A stretch of DNA of 30,302 bases, taken from contig NIVC01003592.1 in NCBI GenBank assembly GCA_002269645.1, positions 1 through 30,302 on the forward strand, in the 5' to 3' direction. The stretch is from Macrostomum lignano (Eukaryota). Below, in pieces: positions 1 through 10,945 of this stretch (position 1 is its first letter; each line of letters starts with the position of its first letter). The notes under the pieces were generated by a model. That model was not told the origin of the DNA, did no database searches, and saw nothing but the letters and a program-made list of their open reading frames with translations. A program made the position numbers and the translations under genes.

Positions 1-807
1 ACTTTCCCAGTTAATTAATGTGCCCTGAACCACTTTATATGATGTTGCAGCATAATTAGTGGGAAATTATAAATTAGTTTACGGGGCGGGTTTACCACAC
101 ACCCTTAATTACCCCACCTAATGCCGGCACCCATTTTACAGCAAATTTGCAGAAACATGTATTTGTAGTTGAACTGGACTCTAAATGACAAATCAATTTC
201 AGAAATGGCACTTCCAGTTCAAAAATGGCGCTCGTAATTAGTAAATGGCGCTTTCATTTTAAGAAATGGCACTCCTAGTTTTAAAAATGGCACTTTTAAC
301 TATTGTTTTTCGAGAATGAGAGCCTCTTTATTAGGAAAAATTCGCTCTTTGTTGAAGGAAATGGCGTTCCTTATATATAGTTTCTAGAAATATTGCACTC
401 GAAATTTGGATTATAAATGTTATTTTAAAACTATTTCATATTTGTGTTTTATGAATGTCTTTCCAATTCAATAATTGTATCATTTTGATTTTGTAAATAC
501 ATTTTTTCGCTAGTAAACTGCGTGACGAGGTTTAACGAAAGTAGAGGTAATCTGATTTGGAGGCGATGCTCGCTACTGACAAGTAATAGGGTTAGTATTT
601 AGCATGTACCGGTAGTTCAGTGCTTCTCTGGTTGACTTGCAAAGTTTTATGAAGCGTTTGACATGTTAAAAAGTTGTGAAAATTGTATGAATTTTGTTGT
701 CTTTACAGAACGATTTCCATTCATTGTTATATATATTTGATATTTGCTTTCAAGTGTGTTGTCGATTGTCACTGCTTTGCACAGCATTTTCCTCTGATTT
801 TTAATTG

Positions 808-1680
808 CCATCCCTGATCCCCAGCTTGAGCTGCTATCCCATCCCTGATCCCCAGCTTGAGCTGCTATCCCATCCCTGATCCCCAGCTTGAGCTGCTATC
901 CCATCCCTGATCCCCAGCTTGAGCTGCTATCCCATCCCTGATCCCCAGCTTGAGCTGCTATCCCATCCCTGATCCTTAGCTTGAGCTGCTTTCCCATCCC
1001 TGATCCCCAGCTTGAGCTGCTATCCCATCCCTGATCCCCAGCTTGAGCTGCTATCCCATCCCTGATCCCCAGCTTGAGCTGCTATCCCATCCCTGATCCA
1101 GCTTGAGCTGCTATCCCATCCCTGATCCCCAGCTTGAGCTGCTATCCCATCCCTGATCCTTAGCTTGAGCTGCTTCCCATCCCTGATCCCCAGCTTGAGC
1201 TGCTATCCCATCCCTGATCCCAGCTTGAGCTGCTATCCCATCCCTGATCCCCAGCTTGAGCTGCTATCCCATCCCTGATCCCCAGCTTGAGCTGCTATCC
1301 CATCCCTGATCCCCAGCTTGAGCTGCTATCCCATCCCTGATCCCCAGCTTGAGCTGCTATCCCATCCCTGATCCTTAGCTTGAGCTGCTATCCCATCCCT
1401 GATCCCCAGCTTGAGCTGCTATCCCATCCCTGATCCTTAGCTTGAGCTGCTTTCCCATCCCTGATCCCCAGCTTGAGCTGCTTTCCCATCCCTGATCCCC
1501 AGCTTGAGCTGCTATCCCATCCCTGATCCCCAGCTTGAGCTGCCATCCCATGCCTCCCCAGTTGAGCCACCACCCATCCTTAATCCCCAGTTTGAGCCAC
1601 CACCCCATCCCTGATCCCCAGTTTGAGCCACCACCCCATCCCTGATCCCCAGTTTGTGCCACCACCCCATCCCTGATTCC
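808..1680. repeat. 31-bp minisatellite upstream of IK (ATCCCATCCCTGATCCCCAGCTTGAGCTGCT)
   Basis: Period 31 (e.g. 841 to 872), ca. 28 copies, degenerating at the right end. Confidence 0.95.
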
Positions 1681-1861
1681 CTAATATTTCTTAAAGATCC
1701 TCTATAGTCTCTAATCTGTAAGATAACTCCATTCAAGACGTGCTACAATGGAGTTAAGTTCATTTTTTTCAGCAACCTACTCAAACTACTTTGATTGTCG
1801 CCTAGTGTACCGAAAATCCGTGACACCATAATTAATAATTAATAAATAAAACACCGAGACA

Positions 1862-4225
1862 ATGACCGAAGCGGAGGCTTTTCACAATCCAATCGCCCCG
1901 GCCGATCACGACGTCTCCGCTGGCAGAAGCGAAGGCGGCGGCGGCGACTTTTCCCCTAGCAACGACTCGTCTCAACGGGTGCAGTCTCAACGACTGACTA
2001 ATGACGATTTTCGTCGATTGTTGAACACGCCGCGGGCTTCCAGCGGCTCCTCCGGTGCTGTGGCTGCGGAGACGCCAGGTTCGGCGTCCACTGCCGCCAC
2101 CGGCGGCGGCACCTTTGTCCGACCGAAGCGGCCAACAGACTCGGCCGCCGCCAGCGAACGGAAAAAGAAAAAAGCGGCCTGGCTGGCCAAGCAGCGGGCC
2201 AAGAAGGAGGCCGCCGAGGGTCGTGGCGAGGGGGCCGACGGGGACGCCGCAGGCGGGGATGCCTATCGGGACCGCGCCAAGGAGCGGCGGGCCGGCGGCG
2301 GCGCTGAACTGGAGGTGTCGGCCACCACCGATTACAGGTGGGGGGGGGGGCTTCCTGGCTTTACTGCTGGTCTGAGGTCTGAGACCCTGTCCCAGGTCTC
2401 CCTCGAAACCACCGCCCAAGGATCCTCAGTTGTTGGGCCAGCCTCCCAGATCCTCAGTTGTTGGGCCAGCCTCCCAGATCCTCAGTTGTTGGGCCAGCCT
2501 CCCAGATCCTCAGTTGCTGGGCCAGCCTCCCAGATCCTCAGTTGCTGGGCCAGCCTCCCAGATCCTCAGTTGCTGGGCCAGCCTCCCAGATCCTCAGTTG
2601 CTGGGCCAGCCTCTCAGATCCTCAGTTGCTGGGCCAGCCTCCCAGATCCTCAATTTCTGGGCCAGCCTCCCAGATCCTCAATTTCTGGGCGAGCCTCCTA
2701 GATCCTCAATTTCTGGGCGAGCCTCCCAGATCCTCACAGTACCACGTGGTAATCAGTTGACAATGAGTTTCGTTCGGAGCGAGTATACTAATGTAGGCAA
2801 TAAATAGTACTTTATGCGCCACCACATCTGCAGATCCGTTGCACCCGGCGCCGGCGAAGTCCAGCAGACTGCGGCCAGCGCCGAGCGCCGCCGCCAACTG
2901 ATCGAGGAGAGCAAATACCTGGGTGGCGACATGGACCACACTCACCTGGTGAAGGGCCTTGACTATGCCTGCTAGACAAAACTCGAGCTCGAATTGTCGC
3001 CGCAGAGTTGTCCGGCGACACCGAAGGCATCGACGCCGGCGGCGATGTTGGCGGTGTCGGCATCGGCGGCGGTCGAATTGCCGCAGTCGACGTTGACGAA
3101 GTCGCCGCCGCGGCCGCAGCTGCCGAGGCTGCCGCCGCTGCTACGGCGGCTTCGGCCGCGTCTGCTTCGTCGGCCGCCTCAGCGGCAGCTGCAGCAGCGG
3201 TTGCCAACACCAAGACGGCGCTGGGCCGGTCGGTGATGAGAGTCCTGCTAGATCGCAACCGGCCGTTGCAGCGGAACGACTTGGTGAGATTATTTAATAT
3301 ATTTATTTTCCTTTAAAGCTACTTTTTAGTTAGTAGTTTGTGCGGACATAGATATCTTTATATAGTTAATTGACTTTTACGGACGTAAAAAACACCATAC
3401 CTTTTTACGGTTGATTTTTAAAAACCAAAAAATCAGGCAGTCGATTTTCAAATGCTGCAGACGGAACAATTAGAATGTTTACAATATCCGCCCCCGCCAC
3501 TGGGTTTTTTGTGTCAGAACATAACTTTACTCAGGACTCTTCTCTATCCTCTCTCTCTTCTCTCCTCTCTCTTCTCTTCTCTCCTCTCTCAATCCTCTCT
3601 GCCCTCTTCTCTTGATCCCTTCTCTCTCTCTTCTCTCCCCTCTTCTCTCTCCTCTTCTCTCTCTCCTCTTCTCTCTCCTCTCCTCTCTCTCCTCCCCTCT
3701 CCTCCCCTTCGCTCGATCCTCTCTTCCCTCCTCTTGAACTTCTCTCTCCTCTCGATCCTCTCTCCGGCTTCTTTTCTTTTTCTTTTCTCTTTTTCTCTTC
3801 CCCTTCTCTCTCTGCTCTCTAATTTCATCTTTTCTTCTCCTCTCTTCTTTTCCTTTTTATCTTCTCTCATCATCTCTCTTTTTTCATCCCCTCTTTCCTA
3901 TTCTGTCTCTGCACCTTTGTTCCCTTTCATGTCTCATCTGGCCCGTGGTAATTAGCTAGGCTCTTTATTCTGGCCCTCTAGGCTAAACTAACCCAGCCCC
4001 ACCCGCCCTCTCCCGTGATGAAGTTCGCGCCAGGTCGCATGGCCTATCGAATCGATCTCGAAGAGGAATTCGCCGAATTCGACGTGCCAACAACAATTAT
4101 TCGTAGCAAAGCCGAGTGCCCGACAGGCCCGGACAGTTCTGTCACTACTAACGATATTATTATTAATAAGCTGGCGCAGATTATCAGCTATCTGCGTGTT
4201 GGTAAGCGACAGGCTAAGAAGGCCA

Positions 4226-4282
<57 letters not shown>

Positions 4283-5960
4283 TGACTGGTTCCTCTGTCG
4301 CTGGACCGTCTGGATCTGCCGGAGCTGGCTACTCAATCTACGATGAAGACGAGCTGGCTAACACTGCAAGTTCGCGCTCCGGCCGGGACCGGGACCGGGA
4401 TAGGGATCGCGAGAGGGACTACCGGGACCGGGATTCCGGGTATAAACGGTAAGTGTTGATTGCTATGAATTTTACTTTTACTTGCGTTTATAGCATCAGT
4501 CAGAGATAGTCTAGACTGATCAGACTTCACCTTGGCATCTCAGCAATTCTTCATTGAGCCATGGCATCTCCCCATTGAGTCATGGCATCTCCCCATTGAG
4601 TCATGGCATCTCATGAGAAGCATCTCCCCATTGAGTCATGGCATCTCAGCATCTCACCATTGAGTCATGACATCTCCCCATTGAGTCATGGCATCTCCCC
4701 ATTGAGTCATGGCATCTCCCCATTGAGTCATGGCATCTCCCCATTGAGTCATGGCATCTCCCCATTGAGTCATGGCATTTCCCCATTGAGTCATGGCATC
4801 TCATGAGAAGCATCTCCCCATTGAGTCATGGCATCTCCCCATTGAGTCATGGCATCTCCCCATTGAGTCATGGCATCTCATGAGAAGCATCTCCCCATTG
4901 AGTCATGGCATCTCCCCATTGAGTCATGGCATCTCCCCATTGAGTCATGGCATCTCCCCATTGAGTCATGGCATCTCCCCATTGAGTCATGGCATCTCCC
5001 CATTGAGTCATGGCATCTCCCCATTGAGTCATGACATCTCCCCATTGAGTCATGGCATCTCCCCATTGAGCCATGGCATCTCCGCATTCCTTAAGCTTTC
5101 AATTTATAGACCATACTAAATCTGCAATAGATGATTAATATTTGTACACCTAAATGTCATTCAACAGCGGTCGCGACCGAGATCATCGCGATCACGGCGA
5201 CAGAGATCACCGAGACCGTGACCGCGACCGTGACCGTGACCGCGACCGCGGCCACTATCGCGAACGCGATCGTGACAGACACCGTGACCGCGATAGGCCA
5301 TCAGCAGCGGCGCCGTCGGCCTCGTCTCGCGCCTATTTCGACGCCACCGACCCCGACCTGCAGCGCGAGTCGATGTGGCGCCCGCCAACAACGGCAAAAG
5401 CCGCTGCCGCAGTGGTTGGCGAATTAAATCGGGTGGCGGATTCCACGGAGCAGCTGATACAGCCTGAGCAGCAGCAACAGCCGGTGCAGGGCGATCTGAC
5501 TACTGCCCGTCAGCAGCGAAAGCAGGCGGCCAGAGCGGCCATTCGCAACGAAGCCAGCGGCTACGACGAATGCTACCCGGGCTACGTGGAATCCTACGAC
5601 GCTATGGGCGACTCGGACGATGAGACTGACTATACTAAAATGGACGTTGGCAAGAAAAAAGGCCCGATTAATCGATGGGATTTCGAGGATCCCGATCAGT
5701 ACGCTTCGTTCATGGCCAGCAAGGAGGCCTTGCCCAAGGCCGCTTTTCAATACGGCGTGAAAATGTCCGACGGGCGCAAGACCCGACGCCGGGAGCTGGC
5801 CGGACAGAAGGACGAGAAGGCCGAGCTGAATAAGCAGTGGAATCAGATTCAAAATATGATTGGAGGCGGGGGCGGCGGGGGCGGCGCTGGAGGCGCTGGA
5901 GGGGGCAAGCGGCGCACAGTGGCTGCTGACGGACCTGCGTCGAAGGCTTTTAAACTTTGA
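1862..5960 (+). CDS. IK: Protein Red / IK (spliceosomal B-complex factor, RED_N + RED_C), 4 exons, with a 1-nt frameshift in exon 2
   Basis: Exons 1862-2337, 2834-3283, 4024-4448, 5168-5960 with phase-compatible GT-AG junctions. RED motifs LTNDDFRRLLNTPR, YRDRAKERR, ESKYLGGDMDHTHLVKGLDYA, PGRMAY..PTTIIRSKAECP, RD dipeptide repeats, YDECYPG, KKGPINRWDF, KEALPKAAFQYGVKMSDGRKTRR. One extra C at 2968-2969 restores a 714-aa ORF. Confidence 0.95.
2416..2738. repeat. 28-bp minisatellite in IK intron 1 (CCCAGATCCTCAGTTGYTGGGCCAGCCT)
   Basis: About 11 copies; explains the 28-aa periodic ORFs at 2430 and 2458. Confidence 0.95.
3536..3930. repeat. CT-rich low-complexity tract in IK intron 2
   Basis: Nearly pure pyrimidine, irregular CTCT/CTT units. 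Confidence 0.9.
4541..5086. repeat. 21-bp minisatellite in IK intron 3 (GAGTCATGGCATCTCCCCATT)
   Basis: About 25 copies; gives the 7-aa periodic ORFs (SPLSHGI). Confidence 0.95.
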
Positions 5961-6471
5961 GCACGATTTCTTGGCCCCTATGGTAGTTGTGTCTATGCAA
6001 GTGTAAATAAGACTGCTGGTCGTGTTTTTGCTTATCTCATCTGTCATAATTTCATTGCAGATGTACGATAGTCCAATATATTAACAGCTAGGTTTAATTC
6101 AGCTTGTTGTTCGTGTGTTTCCTTTATCTACTGTGTCATTAGTAATTCGTTTATTTATTTTTAAGCAGTTTCTCAAGCACTGATGGAGCGGAGAGACAGA
6201 TTCTTAGTCAAAAGTATCAATCATGTGTGCTTCTTTCTTTTGTTCTTGCAAGAATATGATAATTAATTGCAAATAATATTCAAGGGTTACTTATCTATAA
6301 TTATCCTAGAAACTAAACCAGAATGTGCGATCGTTTAAGTTAAAAAATACAAGTGCTGCACACGACATTTTCGTTTAATCTGCTATGTTAGTAGTCTTTG
6401 TGTTTGTACTTTTTTTATTACCCTTATCTATATAGTTAGTTTGTTCATTAGAGGTGAAATCTTAAGCAGCC

Positions 6472-6950
6472 TTAATTGTAATCATAAATCAGTCTCGATT
6501 ATAATCATAAATCAGTCTTGATTATAATCATAAATCAGTCTCGATTATAGTCATAAATCAGTCTTAATTATAATCATAAATCAGTCTCGATTATAGTCAT
6601 AAATCAGTCTTAATTATAATCATAAATCAGTCTTGATTATAATCATAAATCAGTCTCGATTATAATCATAAATCAGTCTCGATTATAATCATAAATCAGT
6701 CTCGATTATAGTCATAAATCAGTCTTAATTATAATCATAAATCAGTCTAGTCTTGATTATAATCATAAATCAGTCTTGATTATAATCATAAATCAGTCTC
6801 GATTATAGTCATAAATCAGTCTCGATTATTGTCATAAATCAGTCTTGATTATAATCATAAATCAGTCTCGATTATTGTCATAAATCAGTCTTGATTATAG
6901 TCATAAATCAGTCTCGATTATAGTCATAAATCAGTCTTGATTATAGTCAC
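6472..6950. repeat. 23-bp minisatellite between IK and KCTD (ATTATAATCATAAATCAGTCTYG)
   Basis: Period 23 (6481 to 6504), ca. 20 copies. Confidence 0.95.
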
Positions 6951-7116
6951 AATAAAATGTTTAACAGTTCATCAATTTAAATAAATAATAAGTGAAACTT
7001 TCATAGCTTACTACTATACTGGATGTATAGTAGAATAGTAGGAGAGAAAACAAATACGAATGTCAAATATATTAACAAATAGAATCAAATTTCACACGCC
7101 AGATTGCAGCTCAAAA

Positions 7117-9725
7117 ATGTCTTTGCCACTCGCCAGTAGCAGCGGCAGCAGCACTGAAGAAGAAGATTTCAAAGCCAAATCTGCGTCTGTCGCCATCGGC
7201 GTCAACGGCGACGATGCCAATCGCTGGGCGACGTCGAGGCGCCAGTCCGCTTCGAGTTTGACCGCGCCGCGTAGCGCCGAAAGTCGTCGAGTTTTGCCTT
7301 TAGCCGCCGCTGGCGTCGGTTTCAACGATATGGAGAGCGTCGGCTCCAACCAGCAGCAGCAGAAGCATCAAAGACAGCAGAGGCAACAGCAGAAGCAGCA
7401 ATCTACCTATCAGTGCCCGGCTGTGGTGCCGCTCAACGTTGGCGGTGTCAGCTATATTACTAGGCGGAGCACTCTGCTCAAGGAGCCTGACTCAATGTTG
7501 GCTGCCATGTTTTCAGGTGATGCGCTGCTCGGTGCTGCTCAGTTAGTCACCCGGTCTGTCACTCGGTCTGTGTACTCAATCTGTCACTCAGTCTTGTCGC
7601 TCGGTCTGTGTACTCAGTCTGTGTATTCGGTCTGCTTACTCAGTCTGTCACTTAGTCTGTGTACTCAATCTGTCACTCAGTCTGTGTACTCAATATGTCA
7701 CTCAGTCTGTGTACTCAATATGTCACTCAGTCTGTACTCAATATGTCACTCAGTCTGTGTACTCAATATGTCACTCAGTCTGTACTCAATATGTCACTCA
7801 GTCTGTGTACTCAATATGTCACTCAGTCTGTGTACTCAATATGTCACTCAGTCTGTGTACTCAATATGTCACTCAGTCTGTGTACTCAATATGTCTCTCA
7901 AGCTATCACTCAGTCTGTGTAATCTGTCTGTCACTTAGTCTGTCTACCCATGTATATAGACCTAATATACCTGACTTCGTGTCTGAAAGTGCTTCTAAAG
8001 CCTCAGTCTAAGATTAAATTTGCGACACTTTTAATTTGATCTCGCAAATCGCCAGGTCGGCACGAGATGCAGCGGGACCGTCACGGCTACTACTTCATCG
8101 ACACCAACGGCGTGTACTTCGGCTACATTCTGGACTATCTCAGGCACGGCAAACTGCCGCCTAACGAAGCGGCCCTGCCCGTGTACCAGGAGGCCGGCTA
8201 CTTTGGCCTTGCCGGCCTGCAAGAGGCTCTGGCGGTGACGCCAGCCGTTGCTAAGGAGATTGTCAGACAGCGACACGAGGAACAGTTTGGCGATTATGCC
8301 GATCTGAGGGCTCGAGTCATTGCGGCCGCTATCGAGGTGGGCGCCGTTACTCGCTGCGCCGATCTGCTCATATGGCCGCATAGGCTGCAGGTGAGTGGTA
8401 ATGTGAGTCAGGTCAGAGAGTGTGTGGCACTGTGAGTCAGAGAGTGTGTGGCACTGTGAGTCAGGTCAGAGAGTGTGTGGCACTGTGAGTCAGGCCATGT
8501 AGTGTGTGGCACTGTGAGTCAGGTCAGAGATTGTGTGGCACTGTGAGTCAGGTCAGAGAGTGTGTGGTACTGTGAGTCAGAGAGAGTGTGGCACTGTGAG
8601 TCAGGTCAGAGAGAGTGTGGCACTGTGAGTCAGGTCAGAGAGTGTGTGGCACTGTGAGTCAGGTCAGAGAGTGTGTGGCACTGTGAGTCAGGTCAGAGAG
8701 TGTGTGGCACTGTGAGTCAGAGAGAGTGTGGCACTGTGAGTCAGGTCAGAGAGTGTGTGGCACTGTGAGTCAGGTCAGAGTGTGGCACTGTGAGTCAGGT
8801 CAGAGAGTGTGTGGCACTGTGAGTCAGAGAGTGTGTGGCACTGTGAGTCGGGTCAGAGTGTGGCACTGTGAGTCAGGTCAGGGTGTGGCACTGTGAGTCA
8901 GGTCAGAGAGTGTGTGGCACTGTGAGTCAGAGAGTGTGTGGCACTGTGAGTCGGGTCAGAGTGTGGCACTGTGAGTCAGGTCAGAGAGTGTGTGGCACTG
9001 TGAGTCAGAGAGAGTGTGGCACTGTGAGTCATAAAGTGTGTGGCACTGTGAGTCAGAGAGAGTGTGGCACTGTGAGCCAGTGTGTGGGACTGTGAGTCAT
9101 TAAATCATTGAGTCATAGTGTGTGGGACTGTGAGTCATAGAGTGTGTGGCACTGTGAGTCATAGAGTGTGTGGCACTGTGAGTCATAGATTTTGTGACAC
9201 TTAGTCAGAGTTTGGGACACTGTGAGAGTCATAGAGTGAGACACCGTGAGAGTCATATAGTGAGACACCGTGAGAGTCATATAGTGAGAGTCATAGAGTG
9301 AGACACCGTGAGAGTCATATAGTGAGAGTCATAGAGTGAGACACCGTGAGAGTCATAGAGTGAGACACCGTGAGAGTCATATAGTGAGAGTCATAGAGTG
9401 AGACACTGTGAGAGTCATAGAGTGAGACACCGTGAGAGTCATAGTGAGAGTCATATAGTGAGACACCGTGAGTCCGTGACAATAATCCCCCATCGCCTTG
9501 CAGGCCACCCCCCAGCACGCCAGCTGCGTGGCCGAGACCGCCCACGTGAAATTCGGTCCCTGGCCGGGCGCAGCAGACGAGGAGACGCTGATGCGCAGCC
9601 TGCACTCGGACCTGAGCGATGCCGGCTACAGTTTGGCGCCGTTGGAGAAGAAGCGGTGCAAGTTTTTTGTGTCTGGCCAGACTTGCACTCGGCTGGCTTA
9701 CAAGCTGAGCCTCAGGTTCACCTGA
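7117..9725 (+). CDS. KCTD7: BTB/POZ (T1-type) domain protein, KCTD7/KCTD14-like, 3 exons, 318 aa
   Basis: Exons 7117-7516, 8056-8390, 9504-9725 (957 nt, phases match). Spliced BTB VVPLNVGG..TRRSTL..PDSMLAAMFSGRH..YFIDTNG..FGYILDYLRHGKLP; C-terminal VKFGPWPGAADEETLMRSLHSDLS resembles the KCTD7/14 FGPW..ADV.DL motif. Start could be 7060. The symbol is a family-level best guess. Confidence 0.85.
7541..7945. repeat. 25/23-bp minisatellite in KCTD intron 1 (ACTCAGTCTGTGTACTCAATATGTC)
   Basis: Homogeneous core 7670-7900 with degenerate edges. Confidence 0.92.
8400..9478. repeat. Composite minisatellite in KCTD intron 2: GTGTGGCACTGTGAGTCA(GGTCA)GAGA units grading into GTGAGAGTCATAGAGTGAGACACC units
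   Basis: 23-29-bp units at 8400-9190; 24/14-bp units at ca.9215-9478. Confidence 0.93.
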
Positions 9726-9934
9726 GCGCTTGTTTGTGTAACTGTCTCTGTGTGTTTTATGTATCACCGATAACTGACCTCTGCCAAAGATGCCATAGCT
9801 CCTTCCTTTTGTAGTTTTTTTATTCTGCTGGGCACATTGCTGAAGCCAGATATTTATTGTTATTTTTTATATTATTGTTATTCTTATTGAATTCCGAGCC
9901 TTTAAAGTAAGATTTCTAAAATAATAGCTTATCG

Positions 9935-10369
9935 CATTCTCCCCTTCCCTCTCATTTCTCTCCTCACCATCGCCCTGTCCTACCCTCTACTCCTCCTCCT
10001 TCCCCTCTCCTCTCTCCTCCCCTTCTTCTCCTCTCCTCTCTCCTCCCCTTCTTCTCCTCTCCTCTCTCCTCCCCTTCTTCCCCTCTCCTCTCTCCTCCCC
10101 TCCTTCCCCTCTCCTCTCTCCTCCCGTTCTTCCCCTCTACTCTCTTCTCCCCTTCTTCCCCTCTCCTCTCTCCTCCCCTTTTTCCCCTCTCCTCTCTCCT
10201 CCCCTTTTTCCCCTCTCCTCTCTCCTCCCCTTTTTCCCCTCTCCTCTCTCCTCCCCTTTTTCCCCTCTCCTCTCTCCTCCCCTTCTTTCTCTTCTCCCTC
10301 TCCTCTCTCCCCCTCTCCTCTCCCCCCTCTCCCCTCTCCTCCCCTCTCCTCTCCTTCCCCTCTCCCCCC
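9935..10369. repeat. CT-rich low-complexity tract abutting the LINE fragment
   Basis: CCCCTCTCCTCTCTCCTCCCCTT-like units; source of the spurious ORF 9980..10426. Confidence 0.9.
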
Positions 10370-10945
10370 CTTACTTAGCTGCAGGGCTGTCCCGGGGGGA
10401 CACAGCGGGAAGGCGCGAACGCCCATTCCGCTAATCCCTGAACGGCCGACGCGTCGCTATAGACGAAGAGTTGGCGCTGCCCAGGGAGGTCCCCCAGTGT
10501 CGCCAGCAGCTATAGTGCTCTCTGGAAAGGAGAGTTCAGCCCTGCGGGTGGCCCGGAGGTAGCGCATGAGCTGATTAAAGTTTTCGGGTTTGCACGCTTC
10601 AGTAATGATGTGTGTGGCCCGAGGTAAGTGAGTCTGGCTCGCTTAAAGGCGGGACAGATGCTGACGAAATGCTCAGCGGTTTCGTCACCTGAGTTACAGA
10701 AACTGCAGATGGCGTTGGTGGCGTTGCCCTGCAGGTACTGGTGCCTGGAGAAGCAGCCGTGACCTGAGAGGGTCATGGTGGCAGCCCGGATGTCTCTGCG
10801 CGAGAGGCGCAAGAGGAGCTTCCGGAGCTGGTGAGAGGGCTGAGGGATTGCCTGCAGGTGGTGCAGTTCGCCCAAGTCGAGCGGTGCTGGGTCCTGATCC
10901 ACGCTTTGATGCGCGAGTCGATGACACAGTCAGGCCCTCCTCCCC
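10370..10945 (-). mobile_element. 5'-truncated, frameshifted non-LTR retrotransposon 3' fragment (post-RT/RNase H region with CCHC zinc finger; LOA/I-like)
   Basis: Minus-strand pieces IKAWIRTQHRSTWANCTTCRQS, LLRLSRRDIRAATMTLSGHGC, CSFCNSGDETAEHFVSICPAF and NQLMRYLRATRR lie in alternating frames. The element ends in TAAGTAAG (plus 10370-10377), like a short-repeat LINE tail. Confidence 0.75.

Noticed and set aside
1375-1736. Gly/Trp-rich minus-strand ORFs
   Set aside because: Translations of the 31-bp array; periodic, with no domain signature.
2961-2975. Programmed -1 ribosomal frameshift in IK
   Set aside because: No X XXY YYZ slippery heptamer at the site and no precedent in this family; a base deletion is simpler.
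2430-5119. Periodic ORFs at 2430, 2458, 3452, 3589, 4603, 4793, 4868 and 4878
   Set aside because: They lie within IK introns and mirror the 28-bp, CT-rich and 21-bp repeats.
1832-6047. Long antisense ORFs over IK exons (1832..2419, 2812..3258, 5424..6047) as overlapping genes
   Set aside because: Expected shadows of GC-rich coding sequence; no recognisable motifs or splice structure.
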